Source: Paramicrosporidium saccamoebae KSL3
Taxonomy: Eukaryota > Fungi > Cryptomycota
Length of the DNA: 32,000 nucleotides
NCBI GenBank assembly: GCA_002794465.1
Contig: MTSL01000105.1
Location: 39,267-71,266, forward strand
Reading direction: 5' to 3'
Numbering within the stretch: the stretch's first letter is position 1; the number at the start of each line of letters is the position of its first letter. Under the pieces are notes generated by a model. That model did no database searches, was not told where the DNA came from, and was given only the letters and a program-made list of their open reading frames with translations. Position numbers and translations under genes: made by a program. Shown piece after piece: positions 10,730 to 22,078 of this stretch.

Positions 10730-11899
10730 TTACGAGCGAATCCGTATGGCAACTAGGTATGATCGGAGTGCATTTAAGCCTTGTTCCAGTTCAAGAATCT
10801 GACGGGCTTGAGACATCCAATCCTTTAGCGCCACTCTAGACCATCCTTCGATCTCGTTAACAGCCATAAGGGCTCCCGCCAGATCGCCCTGTTGTAAGTA
10901 TATTTCTGCAGCTGATAGCTGATCAGCTACCGTCATTCGGATTTTGGATGGACCTGTTAGTAACGACGCAAGGGAATCATAGAGCCTGGAGAGAGAGGGG
11001 AACAAATGAACCAGACTAGATCCAGTAAAGTCTGCATAATATTCGGCAAGAGGTCTGAGATGGCACATTTCATCGACAAAGGCTTTCTTGTCCAGTCCTT
11101 CTTCCGGGATATTTTTTACTGTCGTCAACAGAGAACCACAAATGGCTCTGGTAAAGTCTGCCTCTGATCGCTCCATTATCGCTATGAGGCTTGATTCTAA
11201 GATGCGCTTTTCATGTAGAAGAGAATCTCTGGAAACTAATCCAATGCATTCAACGACATTGGACAGTCTATCCGAAAGCAAAGCTTCACGGTACTTTTTC
11301 AACAGTTCTGAGGTACGAGTGTCAATATCTTCGATTCTTAACGCGAGCTCCCGTTGTCGCTGAAGCCGAGTCTGTCTTTCAGTATCAACCACTCGCTCAA
11401 TTTCTGCTGCATAACGAATTTCCTGCTCCATTTTAAATGCAGCCATAGCCCGATCAAGTTCTTCCTGGCGAGCAACTTCTTTGACATAATTTTCCTCTTG
11501 CTCCTTTTGATACTTTCCCCTCCATACATCGAGCTCGGTAGTGTATTTTTCGTGAAGCTCCTTTAATTGCAAGATATTTCTGGCCTCTAGGTCTGCAGCC
11601 ATCGCCGACATTGTCGACAAAAGAATTTCACGCTCCTTAATGAGAACTTCTAAACTCCCACTTGGACTCTGGTCTGCAGCGCTAGATTTGAACGAATTTC
11701 GTAATTTCTGCACAGCACTATGACTGGCTGATTGCAATTTTTGATATACTTGGACACCTTGAGCATAGCCGGGCACATACGCCTCAAACAGATTCCGCCT
11801 ATCATCATCTTTGGACCCGTACACTACAGCACCAGTGTACCCACCACCGACGGCCACAGCGGACGCCAGTGTCAGCTTTTTTAATGCGACCAAAGCCAT
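10730..11899 (-). CDS. MIC60: MICOS subunit Mic60/mitofilin, intronless, 389 aa
   Basis: N-terminal anchor GGGYTGAVVY...FEAYVPG, coiled coil, and mitofilin domain AEIYLQQGDLAGALMAVNEIEGWSRVALKDWMSQARQILE. Confidence 0.9.
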   Translation of the reverse strand: MALVALKKLTLASAVAVGGGYTGAVVYGSKDDDRRNLFEAYVPGYAQGVQVYQKLQSASHSAVQKLRNSFKSSAADQSPSGSLEVLIKEREILLSTMSAMAADLEARNILQLKELHEKYTTELDVWRGKYQKEQEENYVKEVARQEELDRAMAAFKMEQEIRYAAEIERVVDTERQTRLQRQRELALRIEDIDTRTSELLKKYREALLSDRLSNVVECIGLVSRDSLLHEKRILESSLIAIMERSEADFTRAICGSLLTTVKNIPEEGLDKKAFVDEMCHLRPLAEYYADFTGSSLVHLFPSLSRLYDSLASLLTGPSKIRMTVADQLSAAEIYLQQGDLAGALMAVNEIEGWSRVALKDWMSQARQILELEQGLNALRSYLVAIRIRS

Positions 11900-12016
11900 T
11901 GGAGGTGGCTCCGGGGCCGCTCTTTTATTTATACACTAGAACTCATCGATACATATCTACTCGCCAGTGGCGATAAATCGTGTCAATTTTTCCATCAACG
12001 GTATTGTGCTAAAATA

Positions 12017-12214
12017 TTAGTTGCAGTTGGTGTAATATTCAATCCACAAAGTTCTTGTGCGCCAATTAATGTAACGTATATATAATTCTGGAGCAATAGT
12101 CTTTTTACTATGCTGTAAAATATCAAGTAACTCACTAGTTTTCTTTAACGTGACTAGCGCCGATGAAGCCCGGACCAAAATCTCGGTCGCCCGATCAAAG
12201 CCAGACAGGGACAT
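12017..12214 (-). CDS. Possible small orphan ORF (65 aa, or the last exon of a longer gene)
   Basis: ATG-initiated ORF in an unusually long 565-bp gap between enolase and MIC60; no recognisable family. Confidence 0.25.
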   Translation of the reverse strand: MSLSGFDRATEILVRASSALVTLKKTSELLDILQHSKKTIAPELYIRYINWRTRTLWIEYYTNCN

Positions 12215-12464
12215 TTACTGTCACCCGCTGGAGATTCATCATGTGCAGTCGCCGCCACTCTGACAGGGCTTTTTAATGATTATAATGCACCAATTTGAAC
12301 GTAGATTTCATAATTGGTCATTAGAAGACGGGTTGCAACGAGGCCAGTGGAAAATTTATTCCTAGTGCAAATAATTCTAGTGCGACACATCTCAATATTT
12401 AATCTGCAAAATTGTTCAAACCATTTTATTCAGACGATTAAATAAGTCCCCGATTTTTCTTGGC

Positions 12465-14045
<1,581 letters not shown>

Positions 14046-14183
14046 TGATGATGGGGCATTAATCATCAGTGGAGAGTGAATGGTAATTACTACCAGGGTT
14101 CGTCATCTCCGCTAATCTTACTATTAGCTAGTTAAGTTCCTGGCGCATTTAAATTCAACATTCAGATTTGTGCTCTATATACA

Positions 14184-15382
14184 CTATAACCCGTCCCGCA
14201 AGTATCTGGGCGATATGGCACCCAATTTCGCAAGACACGTCTTTTGGCAATCTGGGGAGAGTTGCAATCTCAGCAATTTAAAAAATTCCGCTTTGTAGGC
14301 TAGATAATTTAGAGAGCCCTCGTTCTCCATATAATAGCAATAGGTCAACTTGTTTGGTTTTTCTTGAGAAATCAATCGATTTAGGACAGAGGGATCTGTG
14401 GTAGTAGAATTGAGCATTGTGCCTTTATCCGTTGTGCAAGTTTTTGAAAGGGCGCACTTATCGTTGCTATTTTTAAAAATTCTGAACCATCTTCGTCGTC
14501 GCACAATTTTGCTAAATGATTTGTGTGGACTCCATAAATTATTCCAACCAGACGAATACATCCAACCTTCCTCATCGGTTACGCCATCGATGATGTCAAC
14601 TTTCCATTCTTCTTGCCAAGCAAGGCAGGGACTAAATAAGAACAAGAGTTCTGGTTTAGGCCTCCTCCCCCCTCTTTCAGACGTCCACGCGCTGCGGTCC
14701 GTCATCCCGAGAGCGCTCTTGGAGTACCGTGCATGTCCCAAAGTGTGGTTCTTGTGTTCATTCTCATAGACTTCTTCGAATCCCGTACTACGGCCGGCTT
14801 GGAGTGTTTCGGCCATCGTCTTGTACATTTTCCAGCTTTCTAATGCATCTGGATCCGGGTGCAATTCTAGGCAAAGCCGCGATCGCCCTTTTTTATACAA
14901 GACTACACGATAGGGTTGATTTTTATGCAGCCAGACCGATTCCTAGTAAAAATTGGCACGCCAAACCAAAAAATTACCTGTGAATTGGAGCGGTGCCAGG
15001 ATGGCGGGGGAAAAAGTCGATAGTCGGGAATGGAAGACAGTGTGTACCAAAGTTTCATTTGGGCTGCAGTTTTCTTAATGTTCACACGCACAATCAGGGA
15101 GCTTTCATCTTGAATAGGCTCTGAGCCGTCGGCAACCGGGTCCGCTTGGGTGAGATTCTCAGAATTTGCCAAGTTGATCAGTATTGAGACGCATGCTCGG
15201 CATTCAGAGTTGAATTTTCCAAGTGCAGTCATCTGACCAATATTCACACTACTATTTGGGAGAATCTCCTCAGTCTCCTGCCTCCAGAACTCTTCTTGAG
15301 ATTCTATCTCGCAATGCGGTGCGCTCGACACTTTAAAATGGCTTCCAGTATTGTTCCAAACGAAAAATCCAATCATGCGCAC
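14184..15382 (-). CDS. Dysferlin (DysF)-domain protein, Pex30/Spo73/TECPR1-type domain, no evident transmembrane segment; 1 intron, about 387 aa
   Basis: EEVYENE...DRSAWTSE...WQEEWKVD...TDEEGWMY...IVRRRRWFR; a 35-nt intron joins the two track ORFs in frame. Confidence 0.7.
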
Positions 15383-15468
15383 TAAAGAGTATCTTAATAA
15401 TAGTAATAAATCAGTTAAGAATGCAACAAATAAACGTGGACGCCCATAGTCTATGAAAAGTTCTAAAT

Positions 15469-16369
15469 TTATAAAGCCTGTCTCTTTCTAGCGGTATTCA
15501 TGAACGGCTTTAATACCCATTCCACATCTGCTTCAGTGACATCAACAGTCCCAAGTTTGACTTGGAACAGCCTCATCTCAAAACGTGGCCCAACTTCTGT
15601 CAGCTCCACGTCCTGTTTGCCTGGAACGCTTTTATACGTATGGTGGCGGAAGGAAATAAAGTCACTTTGGTTTACAAAGGATATCGTCCTACGACTTTCA
15701 TCTTTCGGCACGGGAAAAAGATATTTGAGCATGGTTTGAGTCCTCGTGCCCAACCGTGTCGAGAATCCCGAAAAGATGAGATGCGGATAGGCTTCTGAAA
15801 CTTTGCTCTCCATAGCTTCAGGGATATCATGCCGCAATACAACATTATTCAAAGAGAAGAATGCAGTGGGGCCATAAGGGAAATGAGAAACGATGAGGCC
15901 GTCGGGAACGCCACGATGTTCATGTAGAATAATGAGATCGGTGACTTCGTTTGCTTTGCAAGCAGACACGATTTCCGAAATGACGTGATTTCCACGATTG
16001 ATTCGCTGGGAGTTTGGAAAGACTAATCTCATTTCCTTGGCAAACTGCTGAAGCCGAGAACTCGGGTCACGAGAGGTAGTAATGAGGATTTTCGGATCTA
16101 ATACACCAGCCTGCGCGTATTCATCATCCATTCTATCTTGGGGACCTAGAGAATAAGATTAAGCGCTACTTTATACCGGAAAGACCCTCATCGTAGGCAA
16201 GTGCATTAGATAAACTGACTGCATCCTTTCGCAGGTCCACTGGTATGGGTCTGTTAGATTCTAGCGCTTCTTTAAGCTGTAGTTTTTGATCATAGAGCTT
16301 CTTGTCGCGCTCCTCTAAAGACTTTCTGAAGAGATATTCTTTCCGAAGACGAGCCTCACGCCGCAGCAT
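15469..16369 (-). CDS. IMP4: U3 snoRNP Brix-domain protein Imp4; 1 intron
   Basis: [67 protein letters not shown]. Confidence 0.97.
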
Positions 16370-16430
16370 CCTATACCCTGGCACCTGGGCGGTCACTGGC
16401 GTATCTCACGCGCTCCCTACAATATGTTTA

Positions 16431-18147
16431 TTAAGATCTAGAACGCAGGACTTTATAGCACATTTCATCTAACTCCCGAGCACTGCGACACTTTTTGAAA
16501 TTCTCAATAGCCTCTTCATTTGAGGCCAGGAGCCGGGATGCTCTCCATCGGAAAATCTACAAAAATCTGCATATCGGCAAAAGGCCTGTACCTCGTCTCT
16601 ACTAATACGGTAGTCTTCTTCAATTCCTGCCTCAGGATCAAGTTGCTCCATCAAGGGGGAGAAGAATTCGACAATTTCAGGCCTAAATATATAGGTATGA
16701 TTGTTGGCTTACCGAGCAGCCGCGGTCATATCTTCCGAGTGATTCCACAGGCGGGTCAATTCTAAGCTTCCGAGACTATCTTGATTGAATATTTCTCTCA
16801 AATCCTAAATATTAAAGCCAGACAGATTGCCGCAAACATAAAATATTGCACCACTATCTTGTGACAAAAACGTTGGAACGGGCTCTTTCTCAAACGAAGG
16901 ACATGAGCGAGCCTTCCACGTCATCTAAGAGTCAATATGAAAAAACTGGCGAGCTTACCCAATTCTTTTCTTCTTTCAGGATCCATCTCACCAGTTTAGG
17001 TATTGACGTTTCGGAACATTGGGTCGATATATGAGAGACTAATCTTCTGTTAAAATCATTAATCCAAGATTCCTACAGTCTTAACGGGATGAAATGCACC
17101 TTGTACCTGTTCGAGATTGATCAAGCTCACTGATAGACCTTTTGCGTGGGGCGGCTTGTGCTCAGATTTTGAGGAATAAGAGAGCAAATGTAGGAGAAAT
17201 ATAGAGGTTTGGATAAGAATAACTTCTCTCCACTTGGGATCAGCAATTTGCAATTTGAATAGCTGTTTGGCAGACAAATATTTGGGATACAAGTCGCCAT
17301 CTAGCGCTTCTGCTCTCCGCAGCATCCGGGTTTGCTCGAAAATGGATAGCATCCCTTCGAGACTCTAAATATGTCAGTAGCATCGGCAAGTAATACATGT
17401 TTAACGTGCGTCCAGTTATCAACCATGAGTGCTTGAACTGGATGGTACATGAAGAACTGAATCTTCCAGAAGGTGCGATATATAGCATCCTGTGGGTCTG
17501 ATTCGGCACAGTCTTCAATGGTTGTCGTGTTTTCCACATTTATATCTCCCCGAAGATTCACACCAGAACGTTCTCCCGAAGGGAATACTTTGGAGATGTA
17601 CAAAAGCACCCTCCCGCATAAAGTTGCGTTCTGTGATTTTGAAAGACGACGAACTATTTCATTGCATAATCGAAGGAGCACTAGTCCCTTTCCTTTACTG
17701 GAGGAGATATTCTATATTCATGAGACTTTGTCTTAGGTGTACCTCTGTGAGCTCTGCACTTTGAATCTCTAGGTAGGTAAAAACGCTTTCCATTTCCCAG
17801 ACTGGCAAGTACTCTGCCCAATCTTCAAGCAGCAGAAATGTCAAAGCCTGCTCTGCGGCCTCTTCGGATAAGGGGCAAGATAAATGGTTACCAATTCTTA
17901 TAGCGTAGTTGGACAGGTCTAATAGACGAAAGACCGAATCGGTACAGTTCAGGCAAGCCAAAACCTTGCGAAACGCGACCTCGACTTGAGGCTTTACGAG
18001 CTCGGGATCCTGGGCCTTTAGAAACCCCTCAATCTGTGGATAGATGGAAGTAGCAACATTGCATGAGGACGCACCAGCCTATAACTTAGAGGTTACGTTG
18101 CCGATTACTAATAGGAGGTCGTAGAGCTGCGGGATAATCACAACCAT
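16431..18147 (-). CDS. THOC1: THO complex subunit THOC1/Hpr1; 9 introns, about 475 aa
   Basis: [14 protein letters not shown]...CGRVLLY...[24 protein letters not shown]...[48 protein letters not shown]. Introns are 30-35 nt. Confidence 0.9.
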
Positions 18148-18185
18148 GGTTTACAATTGGATCCCTGGAGAAACTTGCCGGCCTA

Positions 18186-18609
18186 ATGCTCACGACTCTC
18201 CAGGTCCGTGGTAGTTTGCCAATACTTACATGGTAGGTTACCCCAGAAGCCATACAGAGCCTTCTACGCAGACGCGAATGTGTGGTGGTAACAGAAAAGG
18301 AAGTAATGGAAACCAAAGCCGAGAAAACATTTGACGACCTGCAGTCGGACCTTTTATCTATTGATGAGAAGATTTCACAGTAGGCTGACTGGCTTTGTTT
18401 TGTACTTTTAGAGCAGCTATTACTGCCTTTGACAGATCAAACTGTAAACAACTGAGCCTGGACCTTATGAGCTGCTATGAGTATGTTGGGAGATGATTTC
18501 CATAAGTCGTAGTTATAACCGCGATAGACCTCTGGAATGCCAGGAAATTGCTACAAAGTTTCAAGCATGTGTCAGCGATTTAGCCAAGGTACACTCCATT
18601 ACATCTTAG
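18186..18609 (+). CDS. MIC19: Twin CX9C (CHCH) protein, Mic19/CHCHD3-like; 3 introns, about 108 aa; missing from the ORF track
   Basis: Introns 18204-18236, 18380-18411 and 18481-18512 give ...CKQLSLDLMSC-YDYNRDRPLE-CQEIATKFQAC, an exact twin CX9C with an RPLxC motif after a helical region. An alternative end at 18633 is possible if a fourth intron is used. Confidence 0.68.
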
Positions 18610-18694
18610 TAGATCGCCATTAGTATTCGCTAGCCAAATAAGGCGTTTTGTGTCTATTTTAAATCGATTAATTTCATATTTTCCAAATTTGCTC

Positions 18695-20308
18695 ATGTTC
18701 CTTGAACGTCTAATTCCCCGTGTAGGTTATGTTCGTTTGACATTCAGGGGCGCCCAATTTGCAAGAGCTGTGCCTAGCTCCAGACAATATTCCAGTGATT
18801 CACCACCTGTAAAGCCAAGCATCGCGACGCGCATAAAAGAAGGTGCATTGCATTACTGGCACGGGACAAAGCTCCTTGTATTTGAGACCAGAGTGTCTAG
18901 CAAATTACTTTTGAAAGTTCTACGAGGTGAAAAGTTGATACGCCGGGAGTATCGGCAATTGCTTCGAACGACAAGCGACTTGATACGTCTGGTGCCTTTT
19001 ATCATCATGATGATCATTCCGTTTCTAGAGCTTGCTTTGCCACTATTGCTAAAGTTCTTCCCAAACATGCTTCCCAGCACCTTTGAGGATCGACTACAGA
19101 AGGAGGAGAAGATGAAGAAGCAGCTAAAGGTAAAATTGGAAACTGCTAGATTTCTTCAGGACATGGTGGATAACATGAATGGCCCTGAGACTAGCAAAGT
19201 GAAAGATTTGAAAAGCCTATTTGAAAAGACTCGAACTTCTGGTTCAACCTTGACCACCGTCGAAGTAGTGGAATTGTGCAAACAGCTAAGCGACGAGATT
19301 ACGCTAGAAAATCTGGCGCGTCCTCAGTTGATAAGTCTTTGCAAGTACATGTCACTCAACGCCTTTGGGACTGACAACTTTTTACGTTACCAAATCCGTA
19401 ATGCTGTAGAACGACTTAAGGTCGATGACAAGATGATTTTTGCCGAGGGAATTGAAAGCCTGACAAGGGATGAGCTCCGAAATGCTTGCCACGCCCGTGG
19501 GATACGAACTATGGGGGTTCCTGAAGAATACATGAGGCGGGAACTAAAGCAGTGGGTCGAGTTGCAGGTGGAACACGCTGTCCCCGCCCCTTTGCTAATT
19601 TTATCGCGTGCATTTGCACTATCCGAGGACATAAAAATGGAAGATGCCCTCCGAGCTGCCATTACATCTCTCCCCGATCCCGTATTGTCAGAGGCTGAAG
19701 TGCACGCAGCGGAGAGTTCTAAGAAATCCTCCGCCTCTGGGAAGATTAAACTAATCGAAGAACAGGAAAGGTTGATCACAGAAGAATTGGAGCAAGAACG
19801 CCAGGCAATTGAGTCCAAATCACCGAGTGACCTCTCTGAAGCGCAGCTTGATTCTATCTCGGAAGCTGTTGTGACACTGGCCACAGAAGATCCCATGAGC
19901 CAAGAGAAGAGGGAGCTTGCTGAACTTGTTCAAGAACAGGCGACAAACGAGGCCGAGGCAAAGAAAAGTTTAAATAGTGCAAGCAAAGCCATTGAGAACC
20001 AAGTTGGAAAGTTAATCAGAGACATTGATCATGACATTTCCGAGTTTGAATCGGAGATTGGAAAGCGTCTGCAGATTATTTCGCCTTCAAGCGATGGAAC
20101 AATTTCCGTTGGCCAGTTGCGAGCTATTATGACAATGGTCAAAAATTCCCCGAAAGATGCCGAGAAAATATCTCAGGCCATCAAAGCATTTGATTCGGAT
20201 GGTGATGGGAAGATCTTTATTAACGATATTTTGAGTGTAGCAGAAGAAGCCGAAGACCGCGAGGGACACGGGTTTATCGTTGACGAAAAGCCTTCAAAAT
20301 CAAAATAG
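18695..20308 (+). CDS. MDM38: Mdm38/LETM1 mitochondrial inner-membrane protein, intronless, with C-terminal EF-hand
   Basis: HYWHGTKLL, LIRLVPFIIMMIIPFLELALPLLLKFFPNMLPSTF, LENLARPQL, FGTDNFLRYQIR, ACHARGI, DSDGDGKIFIND. Presequence-like start at ATG 18695. Confidence 0.95.
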   Translation: MFLERLIPRVGYVRLTFRGAQFARAVPSSRQYSSDSPPVKPSIATRIKEGALHYWHGTKLLVFETRVSSKLLLKVLRGEKLIRREYRQLLRTTSDLIRLVPFIIMMIIPFLELALPLLLKFFPNMLPSTFEDRLQKEEKMKKQLKVKLETARFLQDMVDNMNGPETSKVKDLKSLFEKTRTSGSTLTTVEVVELCKQLSDEITLENLARPQLISLCKYMSLNAFGTDNFLRYQIRNAVERLKVDDKMIFAEGIESLTRDELRNACHARGIRTMGVPEEYMRRELKQWVELQVEHAVPAPLLILSRAFALSEDIKMEDALRAAITSLPDPVLSEAEVHAAESSKKSSASGKIKLIEEQERLITEELEQERQAIESKSPSDLSEAQLDSISEAVVTLATEDPMSQEKRELAELVQEQATNEAEAKKSLNSASKAIENQVGKLIRDIDHDISEFESEIGKRLQIISPSSDGTISVGQLRAIMTMVKNSPKDAEKISQAIKAFDSDGDGKIFINDILSVAEEAEDREGHGFIVDEKPSKSK

Positions 20309-20444
20309 AGTATATATTGACGGCATCACGCTACGTGTTTCTAGAGAACAACACTTATCTATATTACGAGAAACTATATAAACGGTCCAAAGATTCAAAT
20401 AAAAGGCATAATTCCAACCTCACATACATACATCTTGCGGGAGT

Positions 20445-21255
20445 CTAAAGAAATTCGTTCATCACTATCGCTGGGCTGATTAAATTAGGTTGCCAAAACG
20501 ACGACAATGAGAAGGACGGAATGCGAGGTGAATCGAAGTTGGGAAAATCTATGGCAAATTTCCAAGAAGAAAAGTCAGCGAGTGATTCTGGCGACGGAGG
20601 TGCAGATGCATTTGGAATGTGAATATCTTCTTCAAAATAGGGTAGAACGCTTGGTGAAAAGACTGCCGGCCTCCTGAGAGTGGAGACAGAAAATGCGGGG
20701 GCAAAAGTAGGTAGCGCATGGTGCATGTAAATGACATCCAACAGCTCTTGTTCTGTCTTGATGATATTTTCCAAATCCTCTACCTTAATCTCCAGGTTAT
20801 AATCAATGCACTGTAATAATTGTCGTTCCATACAGGTAAGCTCCGTTGCTGAAAACCAAGGCTTCAGCGAAGACGACCAACCATCATTCCTGATAGAGCC
20901 ATCCTGTAAAAATTTTGTCGAGAGAAGCAACGAAGTAATAAAGACACGATAAGCAGTCTCCTTATTACCATGTGCCTTGGTAGAGATCCGAGACGCCAGT
21001 CTCTCCATATAAACGAGGGAGCCGAGCGCCGTAATAGGGACTGTCTTAGTTACAGACATCACGTTTCTGAAAAAATCTTTAAAAGCCGGAAATAAGGCTG
21101 GACGATCACAGGGATCACTGCGGCAGGGCACTAGCGCATTCGACCTTCTGCTAATAACGTCTATAGTTGTAAAAAGGGTTCGGATATGTACTATATAGGG
21201 CGCTTTCCAGCGATTGCCAAGGGAGCGTGTAGAATAGGTCTACAAGAAACGACAT
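20445..21255 (-). CDS. Pho85-type (Pcl1/2-like) cyclin; 1 intron
   Basis: Cyclin box FKDFFRNV...SLVYMERL...YRVFITSLLLSTKFLQD...W...ELTCMERQLLQCIDYNL and an SP-rich tail. A 31-nt intron links the frame to ATG 21255. Confidence 0.85.
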
Positions 21256-21417
21256 TTCGGGTCAAGCAGGCACAAGTTTAAGAGGGAAATATGCCTTGAC
21301 TGTGGGGACGGTAGACGGTTCGAGTAGCTCAACAGTCGCGCCCGCTGGATTCCAAACAAGCGAGCCCGGCTTTATGAGCCCAGGGTTAGAGTTCACTTTT
21401 CCAAATCTGGCGATCAA

Positions 21418-21467
21418 CCAATCATAGGGGGCAAAGCCATTTCGGAATATCCGTGGGCACCCAATCA
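21418..21467. promoter_or_regulatory. Two CCAATCA (NF-Y/Hap-type) boxes upstream of the cyclin
   Basis: CCAATCA at 21418-21424 and 21461-21467. The same heptamer lies at 3956-3962 before ATG11 and at 31664-31670 before YEATS2. Confidence 0.45.
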
Positions 21468-21943
21468 GAATGGCTAAATTGGCCCCAGAGAACACATATG
21501 CAGACCAGGGATTCTAGTAATTAAGGGTCTTTACTTTTCAACCCCACAATCATTCCCGACGCAGTACTAGTCTAAATATGATTTACGTAAGGTGCTACGC
21601 TCTAGGCCGGTTAAACAGCCAGTAATCTCCTCGTGCCCAATTGTGCCTTCAGCTCTAATAACATGATCCCTTTGCACCTTTTACCATGACTTTTCAGTAC
21701 CTCGTGGGCCGCGTCGGCAATCATTTTTAATTTTATATTCTGTCAAGTTCGGATGTATGTAATAGATTGCCGATGTCGCCTTTCCATGTTTTCAATGAAG
21801 TCCATCCGAGCCATCAGTCTCACCAGTTTGCGCCTGCCATCGCATCTTCACAAAGTCCTTCGGTATGTTCTCTGCGCCATCATGCCATCCAGTCAGCTGA
21901 TAATGGGTGGCAGTCAATAAATTGACTTTTTAATTGGTTGCAA

Positions 21944-22078
21944 GAGTCCCTTCTTGCCCGGGACTATTGCTAGTCTCGAATTCCGGCCGCCCATAGCATC
22001 TATAAAGTTCCCTCCTATCCGGAATATCGCTAGTTTCGAATCCTGGTCATCCATGGTACCTATGGAGTCCCCTCTTTC
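21944..22078. repeat. Imperfect tandem duplication, period 60-61 bp, about 2.2 copies, overlapping the STN1 start
   Basis: 21959-22004 vs 22019-22064 match at 33/46 positions. RAGTYCCYTCYT recurs at 21944, 22005 and 22065. Confidence 0.8.

Noticed and set aside
19387-19896. Long antisense ORFs in the track (e.g. 19387-19896, 27741-28094, 28479-28877, 14398-14769, 3645-4142)
   Set aside because: They are shadow frames of real genes, S/A-rich and without motifs. Only the distal end of 3645-4142 is used, as exon 1 of the Dsc2-like gene.
21383-21390. CTAACCCT on the - strand near STN1: a possible telomerase RNA template, followed by a hairpin resembling vertebrate P2b
   Set aside because: A given 8-mer is expected about once in 32 kb over both strands. 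Its 3' end can be sequestered in a local hairpin, I found no pseudoknot partner, and only about 125 nt remain before the cyclin ATG. A cyclin leader or promoter is the simpler explanation.
21670-21690. U5 loop-1-like CACCTTTTACCA
   Set aside because: The invariant G is missing, there is no flanking stem, and no Sm site at a suitable distance.
21903-22046. tRNA or tRNA-Sec (9-bp stem, 6-bp/4-nt arm, TTCGAATCC)
   Set aside because: No anticodon stem or TCA loop, no D-loop GG, the G53-C61 pair is missing and there is an internal T5. Kept only as an unknown structured element.
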